Shown here piece by piece: positions 30,663-40,002 of a stretch of DNA of 64,000 nucleotides. The stretch comes from an uncultured delta proteobacterium (GTDB taxonomy: Bacteria; Desulfobacterota; Binatia; Binatales; Binataceae), in NCBI GenBank assembly GCA_963711565.1, contig CAVQEQ010000003.1, forward strand, positions 544,001 through 608,000. The letters are read 5' to 3'. Each line of letters starts with the position of its first letter. Positions within the stretch are counted from its first letter, which is position 1. Position numbers and translations under genes: made by a program. Below the pieces are notes generated by a model. The model was not told the DNA's origin, did not search any database, and worked only from the letters and a program-made list of their open reading frames with translations.

Positions 30663-31181
30663 TCAGGGGACAACTTCGAGCATCGTGACTCCGCGAATCC
30701 ATCGCGCGTGCCGCTTGTCACCGGGAACCACGAATCGCAGCGGACCTTCATGATTGTCTAGCGGCTTGCCGTCGCGGCGATCAGCCAAAAGGATTATGCG
30801 ATCGCTGAAATCGGGGTCGAATTCCGCCAGCGAGAAGAGCACATGGTAACCGTCCGCGGCTCGCGCGATAACGGCCACGGCCATCTTTGGTCCCTTTAAT
30901 TCTTTGCCAAGCGGAGCGCCCGCCTTCTGCAGGATCTCCGCGACCGGCACTCCTGAATACTCAACCGGAGTACCTTTTTCGTCGGTGACGTGGATTGTCT
31001 GCCGTGGAAATGCAGCGATATCGGCGAGGGTGAGGTCAAGGTGATTCGGAACATCGCCGGTGAGGTGGAGAGCAACCGGCGGCGCGGCTTGCGCAAACAC
31101 ATTCGCCGCTGCGCATAAGAGCAGCACGAGTAGCGAGGAGAAAATCGTGCGGGATCGCCAGTGTCGATCGACGAGCGTCAC
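30663..31181 (-). CDS. Exported molybdopterin-oxidoreductase-like domain protein
   Basis: Signal peptide; YSGVPV, AADGY, ADRRDGKPL, GPLRFVVPGDKRHARWIR. Confidence 0.75.
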   Translation of the reverse strand: MTLVDRHWRSRTIFSSLLVLLLCAAANVFAQAAPPVALHLTGDVPNHLDLTLADIAAFPRQTIHVTDEKGTPVEYSGVPVAEILQKAGAPLGKELKGPKMAVAVIARAADGYHVLFSLAEFDPDFSDRIILLADRRDGKPLDNHEGPLRFVVPGDKRHARWIRGVTMLEVVP

Positions 31182-31182
31182 G

Positions 31183-31389
31183 CTAGCCTTTCTGGATCAT
31201 GACTTCGGTGGCCTTGATCACCGCGGTCACCTTGTCGCCCTTCTTGAGGCCCATTTCCTCGGCGCTCCGCTTGGTGATAACCGACTCGACGATATTGTCG
31301 CCGACCTTCACCGTGATGAGCGCGGTGACGGTGCCGAGAATCACTTCGGTGATTTCGCCCTTCAGATGATTGCGAGCGCTGAGTGGCAT
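31183..31389 (-). CDS. mop: Molybdate-binding TOBE (Mop/molbindin) protein
   Basis: SARNHLKGEI...SVITKRSAEEMGL...AVIKATEV. Confidence 0.92.
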   Translation of the reverse strand: MPLSARNHLKGEITEVILGTVTALITVKVGDNIVESVITKRSAEEMGLKKGDKVTAVIKATEVMIQKG

Positions 31390-31487
31390 AGAAACTTTTC
31401 TCCTGGCGTAGCTTGTGGGCGGCTCAGTTTTGTTTCACAAACCTGCCACAACACTTGATACTCTGCCAGACTGGTCAACGGAGCAAG

Positions 31488-32171
31488 ATGGACACCGAAA
31501 CATTGGAAAAAACTGGCGCGAGCTTTTCCGTCGCATCTTTGATGACTGCGCGCAAGAATACTAAGGAAGCGATTGTGCAGATCGCGCGCTCGATCGAGCC
31601 GGAGATGCTCGAAGACGACGCTCGCGTGATGGCCAAAGAAACTCTGGTGCGTCTTGGTTCGCGCAAGGGATGGCATCGCATCCTGGTCCGTTTCGGACCG
31701 AATACGATCAAGAACTTCCGGGATCCGTCCGAACCCGGCACTCGCCTGCGCGACGGCGATATCTTCTTTCTCGATATCGGCCCGGTGTGGGGCGATACCG
31801 AAGGCGACGGTGGCGAGACTTTCGTCGTCGGGAAAAATCCCGAGCCCGAGATGCGGCGCTGCGCTGAAGACGTTAAGCGGATCTTCCACATCGTCCGCAG
31901 CCAGTGGCTTCAAAGCCGAATGACCGGTAAGGAACTCTACGATTTCGCCTACAATACTGCGGCCGACCTCGGATGGGTGCTCAACCTGGACCTCACCGGT
32001 CATCGTCTGTCAGAGTTCCCGCACAGCGCCCACTATGACGGGACACTTGCCGCGGTATCGATTCGTCCTTCACCGAATCTGTGGGTACTCGAGATTCAGA
32101 TTCGACATCCGACGAAACCTATTGGCGGATTTTTCGAGGACCTGCTGCTCGAAGACAAAGATTATCTTTGA
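31488..32171 (+). CDS. M24-family metallopeptidase
   Basis: Pita-bread ligands D (FLDIGP), D (EGDGG), H (GHRL), E (VLEIQ), E (FFED). Confidence 0.8.
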   Translation: MDTETLEKTGASFSVASLMTARKNTKEAIVQIARSIEPEMLEDDARVMAKETLVRLGSRKGWHRILVRFGPNTIKNFRDPSEPGTRLRDGDIFFLDIGPVWGDTEGDGGETFVVGKNPEPEMRRCAEDVKRIFHIVRSQWLQSRMTGKELYDFAYNTAADLGWVLNLDLTGHRLSEFPHSAHYDGTLAAVSIRPSPNLWVLEIQIRHPTKPIGGFFEDLLLEDKDYL

Positions 32172-32173
32172 AA

Positions 32174-32210
32174 CAGCGACGCTCCTGAAGATTCCCCAGG
32201 AGCGTCGCTG
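32174..32210. terminator. Hairpin between convergent genes (probable bidirectional terminator)
   Basis: 14-bp perfect stem cagcgacgctcctg / caggagcgtcgctg. Confidence 0.6.
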
Positions 32211-32231
32211 CTGAGTATTCGGTCGCGTGAG

Positions 32232-33743
32232 CTACAGCTTCACATATGCCGACTTGATTTGAGTGAACAGGTCGATCGCGTATTTGCCGTTCTCGCGGCC
32301 GAAACCCGATTGCTTGTATCCGCCGAACGGCATCGAAGTGTCCGCGAGTCCGTAGCAATTGACCCACACCGTGCCGGCCTTGAGCGCCCGCGCAACCTTG
32401 ATTGCGCGGCTGATGTCTTTGGTCCACACGGCGGCGGCGAGACCGTAGGTGGTATCGTTGCCCTGGAGGACCGCGTCGGTCTCGTCCTTGAAAGGAATCG
32501 CGGCGGCCACGGGACCGAAGATCTCCTCGCGGGCGATCCGCATGCTGTTGTTCACGTCCGCGAACAGCGTCGGTTTGACGAAGTAGCCCTTGCCCTCGAT
32601 AGCTTCGCCGCCGATCGTCGCGCGCGCGCCCTCCTTGCGTCCGAGTGCGAGGTAACCTTTCACGCGGTCGAACTGCTCCTTGGAAACCAGGGGGCCCAGT
32701 CTCGTCTTCGGATCGAGTCCGTCGCCTACCGTCATCCGTTCGGCGGCCTTGCCGAATTGATCGAGAAAGTTGTCGTACATTTCCTGCTGCACGAAAATCC
32801 TGGTGCCGGCGACGCAGACCTGTCCCGAATTGAAGAAGACCCCGCTCATCGCATTGGGAATTGCCTGGCTGAGATCGGCGTCGGGGAAAATGATATTGGG
32901 CGACTTGCCGCCCAGCTCGAGCGAGACCCGCTTCAGATTGCTGGTCGAGGCAGCCAGGATCATTTTGCCGACCTCGGTCGATCCTGTGAAGCTGACCTTG
33001 TCGATATCCGGATGCTCGGAAATCGCGCTGCCCGCGCCGGGACCGAAGCCCGTCACGATATTGACGACGCCGTCAGGGATTCCGGCTTCCTGAATCAGCT
33101 CGCCGAGCCGAAGCGCGGTCAGAGGAGTCTGCTCGGCCGGTTTCAGGATCACTGTGTTGCCGCAGGCGAGCGCGGGGGCGATTTTCTGCGCGGCCATCAT
33201 CAAGGGGAAATTCCACGGCGTTATCAGACCGCAGACGCCGACCGGCTCGCGCAGCGTGAAGTTGAACGTTGAAGGATCGGAAGGATTTGTGTCGCCGTAA
33301 ATCTTGGTCAACCATCCCGCGAAATACCGGAAGATTCCGGCCGAGCCGTTAATGTCGATAGCCCGCGCCTGCGACAGGGGCTTGCCGTTGTCGAGCGTCT
33401 CGAGTTCCGCGAGTTCGTCCCCGTTTTGTTCGATCAGCTCCGCTATCTTGAGCAAGTAGCGGGTGCGCTGATGCGGCGTGATGGACGACCACTTGCCCTC
33501 CTCAAATGCTTTTCGCGCCGCCTTGACGGCCTCGTCAACGTCGGCCTTGTCGCCTTCCGCAATCAGCGCAAGGACTTGCTCATTCGCGGGATTGATCGTC
33601 TCGAAGGTCTTGCCCGATTTCGAGGGGACCCATTTCCCGCCTATCAGCAGTTTTTTCGGAGAACTGCTCAGAAATCCGATTGCGGCGCTGGACTTGGCTC
33701 CACGCGCTGCGCTTTCGACCGATGGTGTCGTTGCTGCACTCAT
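32232..33743 (-). CDS. NAD(P)-dependent aldehyde dehydrogenase (paralog 2)
   Basis: PWNFP, FTGSTEVG, LELGGKSP, NSGQVC, EEIFGP. Confidence 0.95.
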   Translation of the reverse strand: MSAATTPSVESAARGAKSSAAIGFLSSSPKKLLIGGKWVPSKSGKTFETINPANEQVLALIAEGDKADVDEAVKAARKAFEEGKWSSITPHQRTRYLLKIAELIEQNGDELAELETLDNGKPLSQARAIDINGSAGIFRYFAGWLTKIYGDTNPSDPSTFNFTLREPVGVCGLITPWNFPLMMAAQKIAPALACGNTVILKPAEQTPLTALRLGELIQEAGIPDGVVNIVTGFGPGAGSAISEHPDIDKVSFTGSTEVGKMILAASTSNLKRVSLELGGKSPNIIFPDADLSQAIPNAMSGVFFNSGQVCVAGTRIFVQQEMYDNFLDQFGKAAERMTVGDGLDPKTRLGPLVSKEQFDRVKGYLALGRKEGARATIGGEAIEGKGYFVKPTLFADVNNSMRIAREEIFGPVAAAIPFKDETDAVLQGNDTTYGLAAAVWTKDISRAIKVARALKAGTVWVNCYGLADTSMPFGGYKQSGFGRENGKYAIDLFTQIKSAYVKL

Positions 33744-33769
33744 ATCTTTACCTCCATAAATCTCTCGAA

Positions 33770-34636
33770 TCAGAATGGAATGCGCGCGGTCAGAACTACG
33801 TTGTGGTTATAGGTGCGATGCATCGTCACCGCGACCTGCTCGCCGGCGCCGAACGTCAACCCGACCCGGTCATGAATCGGGATGCGCCCGATCACCATCC
33901 CCGGCGTCAGATAGAGCGTGCTGTGACCGGTGTCGGCGCCGTACGATTGCCAGGTGTAGTTGGTCTCGAACTCCGGCCAGAAATATTTGAAGAGCCGATA
34001 CTGAAACGTAGTATTCCACGCCAGCGGCATCCCGAGCCGGTCCAGGCCGCCGCTCGGAAACGCGACTCCCACGGTGGACTGCACATCAAAATCGCCGAAA
34101 CCCTTGCCGGCCGCGAGCGTCGGCGTGAAGATCCCGTGGCCGTTGCCGTTGACGTTCGATCCGGTCGGCACGCTGAATCCCATGAAGGCGGTCACGATGT
34201 AGTTGCCGTTCTCTTCGTTAGCAGAGAGCAGCCGGTATTTGATCAGAAACGGCCAGTCGGCGAAGCCGTCGGTGTTGCGCGGGATGTTGCGCTTCAGGAA
34301 CCCCGGTATCCCGACTATGACTTCCGTATTTTGAAACGGGATAAGCTCGATTCCCTTGCCGGCGCCGAAGTTGTCGGTCGCGACCCCGTCGCGCATCGAC
34401 TCGAAGAACTGGTCGTAGCGCACTTCTTCTTCGAGCCGCGGCGTGACCGTCACCAGCGGAGTAATCCAGTGCGGTTGCTCGCTCTGGATTTGAGTGACAC
34501 GCGGGAACCAGTTTGTGAAGTAGTCCTCGATTGCGGTCCCGAAGTCCGAGACGCTCTGTGCGCGGCACGGCGCCGCGGCGAAAAGAATAACCACAGTCAT
34601 ACTCAACCCAATGGCTCGTAGATGTCTCGTCACCAT
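33770..34636 (-). CDS. Probable outer-membrane beta-barrel protein (MetA-pathway/transporter-like)
   Basis: Signal peptide, QPHWITPLVTVTPRLEEE, alternating strands, C-terminal Phe. Confidence 0.65.
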   Translation of the reverse strand: MVTRHLRAIGLSMTVVILFAAAPCRAQSVSDFGTAIEDYFTNWFPRVTQIQSEQPHWITPLVTVTPRLEEEVRYDQFFESMRDGVATDNFGAGKGIELIPFQNTEVIVGIPGFLKRNIPRNTDGFADWPFLIKYRLLSANEENGNYIVTAFMGFSVPTGSNVNGNGHGIFTPTLAAGKGFGDFDVQSTVGVAFPSGGLDRLGMPLAWNTTFQYRLFKYFWPEFETNYTWQSYGADTGHSTLYLTPGMVIGRIPIHDRVGLTFGAGEQVAVTMHRTYNHNVVLTARIPF

Positions 34637-34694
34637 TCGTCCTCCAGAAAAAGCGTGCGTTGCTTTCCGACGATCCCGCCACGCCTGTCCGCCG

Positions 34695-36200
34695 TTAGAG
34701 CTTCACGTACACGGACTTGATTTGCGTATAGAGATCGAGTGAATGAACCCCCAATTCGCGGCCGAACCCTGATTGCTTGTATCCGCCGAACGGCGAGATC
34801 GGATCAGAGCCGCCGTAGGTATTGATCCAGACCGTACCCGCCTTCAATGCGCGCGCGACCTTAAGCGCGCGACTGACGTCGCGGGTCCATACGGCAGCCG
34901 CGAGACCGTAGGTGGTATCGTTGCCCTGCAGGATCGCATCGTTCTCGTCTTTGAACGCGATAGCGGCGCCGACCGGGCCGAAGATCTCCTCCCGGGCTAT
35001 GCGCATCTGATTGTGAACTCCGGCGAAGATCGTCGGCCTCACGAAATAGCCGGCGCCGGGGACTGCTTCGCCGCCGGTGGCTACCTTCGCGCCTTCACCT
35101 TTCCCAATTTCCAGATAGCTCTTGACCCGATCGAACTGTTCCCTCGAGACGACCGGGCCGAGCCGGGTCTTCTCGTCAAGCGGATCGCCCACGGTCATCT
35201 TTTCGCTCTGCTCGATCAGCCGTTCGACGAATTCGTCATAGACCGGTTGCTCGATAAAGATTCGCGTCCCCGCTGTGCAGACCTGGCCGGAGTTGAAGAA
35301 CACGCCCCGGGTCGCGGACTGAACGGCGGCCTCGAGATCGGAATCGCGAAAAATAATGTTCGGCGACTTGCCGCCAAGCTCGAGCGACACGCGCTTGAGA
35401 TTTCCCGCCGACGCCTGAAGAATCAGCTTGCCCACTTCGGTCGAGCCCGTGAATGCGACCTTGTCTACGTCGGGATGTTCCGCGATTGAGCTGCCGGCGC
35501 CCGGTCCAAAGCCGGTTATGATGTTAACGACGCCGTCAGGGACGCCCGCTTCCTGGATCAACTCGCCGAGCCGGATTGCGCTGAGCGGCGTCTGCTCCGC
35601 GGGCTTAAGCACGATCGTATTGCCACAGGCCAACGCCGGCGCGACCTTCCATGAGGCCATCGAGAGCGGAAAGTTCCAGGGAATTATTTGTCCGCAAACC
35701 CCAACCGGTTCGCGGATCGTGTAGTTGAACGTCGATGGGTCGGACGGGTTCGTCTCCCCATAGATTTTCGTAGGCCATCCCGCGTAGTAGCGAAAAGTTC
35801 TGGCGGCGCCGGGAATATCAGCCAGCTTGGCGATCGCCAGCGGTTTGCCATTGTCGAGCGATTCAAGTTCGGCGAGCTGGTCGGCGTTCTGCTCGATGAG
35901 GTCGGCGATTTTGTACAAGTAGCGCGAACGCTGATGGGGCGTGATCGAAGACCACTTGCTCTCGTCGAAGGCCCTGCGCGCAGATGTTACCGCCGCGTCA
36001 ACGTCCGCCTTGTCGCCTTCCGCAATCAGGGCCAAGATCTCTTCGTTGGCGGGATTGATTGACTCGAAAGTCTTGCCCGATTTGGCCGCGACCCACTGGC
36101 CGTTAATCAGCAGCTTCTTGGGCGAGTCCCTGAGAAAATTAATCGTCGCCCGCGTTTTTATTCCCGCTACGGCTCTTTCAAGCGATGGAACCGCTGCCAT
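34695..36200 (-). CDS. NAD(P)-dependent aldehyde dehydrogenase (paralog 1)
   Basis: Same ALDH motifs; visibly very similar to 32232-33743. Confidence 0.95.
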   Translation of the reverse strand: MAAVPSLERAVAGIKTRATINFLRDSPKKLLINGQWVAAKSGKTFESINPANEEILALIAEGDKADVDAAVTSARRAFDESKWSSITPHQRSRYLYKIADLIEQNADQLAELESLDNGKPLAIAKLADIPGAARTFRYYAGWPTKIYGETNPSDPSTFNYTIREPVGVCGQIIPWNFPLSMASWKVAPALACGNTIVLKPAEQTPLSAIRLGELIQEAGVPDGVVNIITGFGPGAGSSIAEHPDVDKVAFTGSTEVGKLILQASAGNLKRVSLELGGKSPNIIFRDSDLEAAVQSATRGVFFNSGQVCTAGTRIFIEQPVYDEFVERLIEQSEKMTVGDPLDEKTRLGPVVSREQFDRVKSYLEIGKGEGAKVATGGEAVPGAGYFVRPTIFAGVHNQMRIAREEIFGPVGAAIAFKDENDAILQGNDTTYGLAAAVWTRDVSRALKVARALKAGTVWINTYGGSDPISPFGGYKQSGFGRELGVHSLDLYTQIKSVYVKL

Positions 36201-36363
36201 TATCCCGGACCCCCTTTATCCTGATAGTCGGCGGCCTCTTCGCTGACAGGGAGAACCTGTGCGATGAATGTGGTACAAATCGCGCGCGGCGCCATGGACG
36301 AGATAAAATGCCTTCTCATAGCTACTGATTGCATGCCATGTTAAGAGCGGATTGACAAGTATT

Positions 36364-37482
36364 ATGGCATTGATTGGCAACGCCATTGAGCGCGCGCGAA
36401 CCGAGCGGAACCTCACGCAGACCGAGCTCGCCCGCCGCGCGGGAATCTCGCGGCAGGCGCTGGGCGCGATCGAATCGGGCGCTTACCATCCGGGCGTGGC
36501 TATCGCGATCCGCCTCGCGCACGAACTCGACGCCACCGTGGAAGCTCTATTCGGCGAACCCGACGCCGAGACCTCAACTCTCGTCGAGGCGCGATGGTTC
36601 GACGACGCTCGACGCCCTGCCCCCGCCCAGACTCGCGTTGCGCTCGCGCGTGTCGGCGGGAAAGTCGTGGCCGTCGCACAACCTGTCGCCCATCTCACGC
36701 TGGCGACCGCGGCCGGCGTAGTGCAACGCGCCCGGCGGCATCGCGTCAACGTCTGCACCTTTCGACTGCCCAACGAAATCGACTCGACGCTGTTGATGTC
36801 GGGATGCGACCCTGCCGTTACGATCCTCGTTGACTGGCTCGCGCGACGCCGCTCCCACGTTCACGCGGTCGCGATTCCGTGCTCGAGCCGGGCAGCGCTG
36901 CGGGCCGTCGTCGATGGCCGCGCGCACGTCGCCGGCGTGCATCTTCGTGATCAGAGGAGCGGCGAGTACAACCTCGCGCCAATCCGCCGCACCCTGGGTG
37001 ACCGGCACTCCGTGGTCGTGAACTTTGCGCGGTGGGAATTGGGCCTTGCGACGGCGCCCGGCAATCCGCTGGCAATCGATGGGTTCGCCGACCTGCAGAG
37101 ACCGGGCTTAAGAATTGTGAACCGAGAAGACGGATCCGGGGCACGCTCGGCGCTCGACCAGGCGCTGCGCGAACTCGGTATTAAGCCGGAGCGCGTCGCC
37201 GGGCATCACTTCGAAGTCGGCGGTCATCTCGAAGTTGCGGCCGCGATCGCGACCGGGCAGGCTGACGCCGGAGTCACTATCCGGCTCGGTGCCGACGCCT
37301 ACGGATTGCATTTTATTCCGCATCGCGACGAGCGCTACGACCTCGTGTTCATGGAGCACGAGGCCGAGTCGATGCCGATCAAGGCGATGCTCGACGCTCT
37401 GAACTCGCGGCGCTTTGCACGCGAGATCAGCCAGCTATGCGGCTACGACACCGCGCAGATGGGACAAGTTATCCACTCTTGA
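36364..37482 (+). CDS. XRE-HTH plus PBP-like substrate-binding domain regulator (molybdate/tungstate-type)
   Basis: TQTELARRAGISRQAL HTH; GCDPA, AHVAGVHL, NREDGSGAR, ADAGV, ERYDLV. Confidence 0.85.
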   Translation: MALIGNAIERARTERNLTQTELARRAGISRQALGAIESGAYHPGVAIAIRLAHELDATVEALFGEPDAETSTLVEARWFDDARRPAPAQTRVALARVGGKVVAVAQPVAHLTLATAAGVVQRARRHRVNVCTFRLPNEIDSTLLMSGCDPAVTILVDWLARRRSHVHAVAIPCSSRAALRAVVDGRAHVAGVHLRDQRSGEYNLAPIRRTLGDRHSVVVNFARWELGLATAPGNPLAIDGFADLQRPGLRIVNREDGSGARSALDQALRELGIKPERVAGHHFEVGGHLEVAAAIATGQADAGVTIRLGADAYGLHFIPHRDERYDLVFMEHEAESMPIKAMLDALNSRRFAREISQLCGYDTAQMGQVIHS

Positions 37483-37560
37483 TCCGTTCTGTTCCCCTCG
37501 CCTGAAAAGAGATCCCTTCTGTTCCCCTCTCCTGAAGGGAGAGGGGTTAGGGGAGAGGTT
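37481..37560. repeat. REP-like repeat copy 2 preceded by a degenerate 30-bp tandem duplication
   Basis: gatccgttctgttcccctcgcctgaaaaga / gatcccttctgttcccctctcctgaaggga, then gaggggttaggggagaggtt. Confidence 0.65.
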
Positions 37561-37755
37561 CCAGCGTAAGAATTCGCGCGCTCGTAACATTCGACTCATC
37601 ATGTCGTAACGACGCCTCTCTAGTTTGCCCGTGCCGCGGAGGGAGGACGCCGATTTCGTGCACTCAACAGTCGTTGGCGTCTTAGCACGCTCTCGCTGAG
37701 AACGTTTCGCCCGCGAGAGTTTTCGCATCGTGGATAGGAGAGTCCAGGGAGGACA

Positions 37756-39441
37756 ATGATGAGACGAACGATACGAATGGTCGCGCTATCGATGTTGGGC
37801 GCGGTGCTGATGCTCAGCGCCGTCGCGATGACACCAAGGCTTGCGGGGATCGCAGAGGCACAGTCGATCATGCTGTACAGCGATCCCGCCACCGGGCAGG
37901 TGTACACCAAGCGATGCAAGCGCTGCGTCAGGCTCGGCGAGTATGTCCCGGCCGGCTCGACCGAAGAGATCGAGCGCAAGGTCGAGATAAAGACCCAGCA
38001 GCAGCTCGATCAGGAGCGCGCTGCCATGCAGGCTGAGGAAGCGCAGCGGCAGGCGCAACAGCAGCAGTGGAACGCCGAGATGGCCAAGGAGGTCTCGACG
38101 ATTCAGCCGTGGGCTACGGAGTTCGGCGATCGCTGGTATAAGAAGATCTCGGTCGGCACCCTGGTCTATGCATACTACGGGTTCTGGTCGCACACCGGGT
38201 TTGGTCCGCAGTTCATGGACGCCAACATGCAATGGCCCGGCCCTGGCAACAACTCCTTCAACGAATTCGCGATCAACCGGACCTACCTGGACTTCAAGTT
38301 CACGCCGATCGACAACGTCTCGATGCGGATCACGCCCGACATGTACGCGATGGTTAACACCGGGACTACCTGCACCGCGACCTCGCCGACAAAGTGCACA
38401 GCGAGCAGCGGCGACAAGGTCGGCACCAACACCGGATGGGCCCAGACGGACGATGGGAACCTTGGTCTGCGTCTGAAATACGCCTATCTCGACTACAACA
38501 CTTTCTTTCAAAAGGTGTTGAAGATCGCTGCGATGCACGACGATAAGTTCACCTTCGGCCAGCAGCAGAATCCGCTCGTCGATTGGGAAGAAAATCTGTG
38601 GGGCTTCCGTTATACCGCGCTGACCCCGTGGAACTATCTGAGCTTGAGCTCGGCACAGGTCGGCGCCGCGATGAAGGGACCGATCAAATTTAACGAGACC
38701 CAGTACGCTGACTACGATTTCGGCGTCTACGACGACGCCAGCTACCACGCCCTCGAGCAGAGCGCCTACAAGCAGGTGATGGGCCGCGTAACGGTCAATC
38801 CATTCGGCGCCACCTCACGTTACGACAGCCTTGGTCTCACCGGCTTCTATGACTACGGCTACTCGCAGAAGTGCACGCCTGACGAGAATGAACTGACCGG
38901 CAACAACGGCACCTGCGGACATCTCGCGCGCGCTGCGGGGTTAGTACACTACACGGCCGAACACTGGGGTGTAATCGGCGAGTGGGATTACGGCCACAAT
39001 GCTTTCAGCAGTTCCAACCTGTACTCGGGCAGCGGTCCGGCAGATGCAATCGGTATCGCCACCACGGGCCCCAGCAGCTTTACCGCCTGGAACAAGATGG
39101 TCGGCGGAATTCTGAACTCTCAAGCGGTGCAGGAGGGCGCAGACTTGCTGGGGCACTACGATATCCCGCATACCCCGTTCACGCTCTTCGGCCTGCTCCA
39201 GTGGTTCCAGCCTAACACACGCATCCAGAAGGACCCCCTCGACTTCACGCGCTACGATCTGGGCGTGCAATGGCTGATCAACCGGTATCTGCGCGTGTCG
39301 TTCGACTCGCAGGCCATCCAGTACTACCACAGCCAGTTCACGTTCGAGGGCGGGCAATTGGGCAAGAAGTCGGTGGATGTTCCGTTTGCCGTGCCCCGCG
39401 ACACGCACGCATTCTTCCTGCACCTGGAATTCAGATACTAG
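37756..39441 (+). CDS. Probable outer-membrane porin (possibly phosphate/anion-selective) with N-terminal coiled coil
   Basis: Signal peptide, YSDPATGQVYT motif, Gln-rich coil, FAINRTYLDF and RLKYAYLDY strands, C-terminal LEFRY. Confidence 0.7.
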   Translation: MMRRTIRMVALSMLGAVLMLSAVAMTPRLAGIAEAQSIMLYSDPATGQVYTKRCKRCVRLGEYVPAGSTEEIERKVEIKTQQQLDQERAAMQAEEAQRQAQQQQWNAEMAKEVSTIQPWATEFGDRWYKKISVGTLVYAYYGFWSHTGFGPQFMDANMQWPGPGNNSFNEFAINRTYLDFKFTPIDNVSMRITPDMYAMVNTGTTCTATSPTKCTASSGDKVGTNTGWAQTDDGNLGLRLKYAYLDYNTFFQKVLKIAAMHDDKFTFGQQQNPLVDWEENLWGFRYTALTPWNYLSLSSAQVGAAMKGPIKFNETQYADYDFGVYDDASYHALEQSAYKQVMGRVTVNPFGATSRYDSLGLTGFYDYGYSQKCTPDENELTGNNGTCGHLARAAGLVHYTAEHWGVIGEWDYGHNAFSSSNLYSGSGPADAIGIATTGPSSFTAWNKMVGGILNSQAVQEGADLLGHYDIPHTPFTLFGLLQWFQPNTRIQKDPLDFTRYDLGVQWLINRYLRVSFDSQAIQYYHSQFTFEGGQLGKKSVDVPFAVPRDTHAFFLHLEFRY

Positions 39442-39456
39442 CTACGAATCGGTACC

Positions 39457-39499
39457 GCCGGCGCGAGCATGCAAAATGCTCGCGCCGGCTTTTGTTTTT
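39457..39499 (+). terminator. Intrinsic terminator after porin gene
   Basis: 14-bp stem gccggcgcgagcat / atgctcgcgccggc followed by ttttgttttt. Confidence 0.8.
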
Positions 39500-39526
39500 G
39501 GCGGTCTGCTGATCAATCCCGGAGAA

Positions 39527-39829
39527 TCAATAATCCGTATCGACCCGCTTCAAGGCTTGAGCGAGCTCGTCGGGCGAAACCTGCTCGCCCGCTGAGATCC
39601 TCGCTATCAGTTGCCGGTCTTGCTTCTCCTGAACGTAGTAGTCTTGCTCGGTCACAGGCTCTTGCGTCCAGAACTTCGCCTTAAATTCGTCCATTTGCTC
39701 ATGTCTCTGGAGCTGGTGGACGATCGTCGCGCTGTCCGGATTTGGAGCGCTCGATTGAGCGAGTGCGACGGCAGGAACGGCGAGACCAACGGCGAAGGCG
39801 ATGATTCCCAAACACCTGGAGTTCATCAT
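39527..39829 (-). CDS. Small secreted hypothetical protein
   Basis: SD ggagg, signal peptide ending ALA. Confidence 0.7.
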   Translation of the reverse strand: MMNSRCLGIIAFAVGLAVPAVALAQSSAPNPDSATIVHQLQRHEQMDEFKAKFWTQEPVTEQDYYVQEKQDRQLIARISAGEQVSPDELAQALKRVDTDY

Positions 39830-40002
39830 GTCACACCTCCGTAATAATCTATTAACATTTTATTAATATACGGTCCCCTCGTCAAGATAAATCGGCTTTC
39901 GCCGAGCCGATCGTGTCTGGTCGAGATGAAGCGTGCTTTTGCGACAGTCGATCTGCCGCTCCGAATTGGGCGGACCGAAAATGAAGGCTAAGGTCTTAGC
40001 CG

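Noticed and set aside
37561-37755. Moco riboswitch next to the Mo-type regulator
   Set aside because: Hairpins are present but I could not recognise the Moco motif architecture; an Rfam scan is needed.
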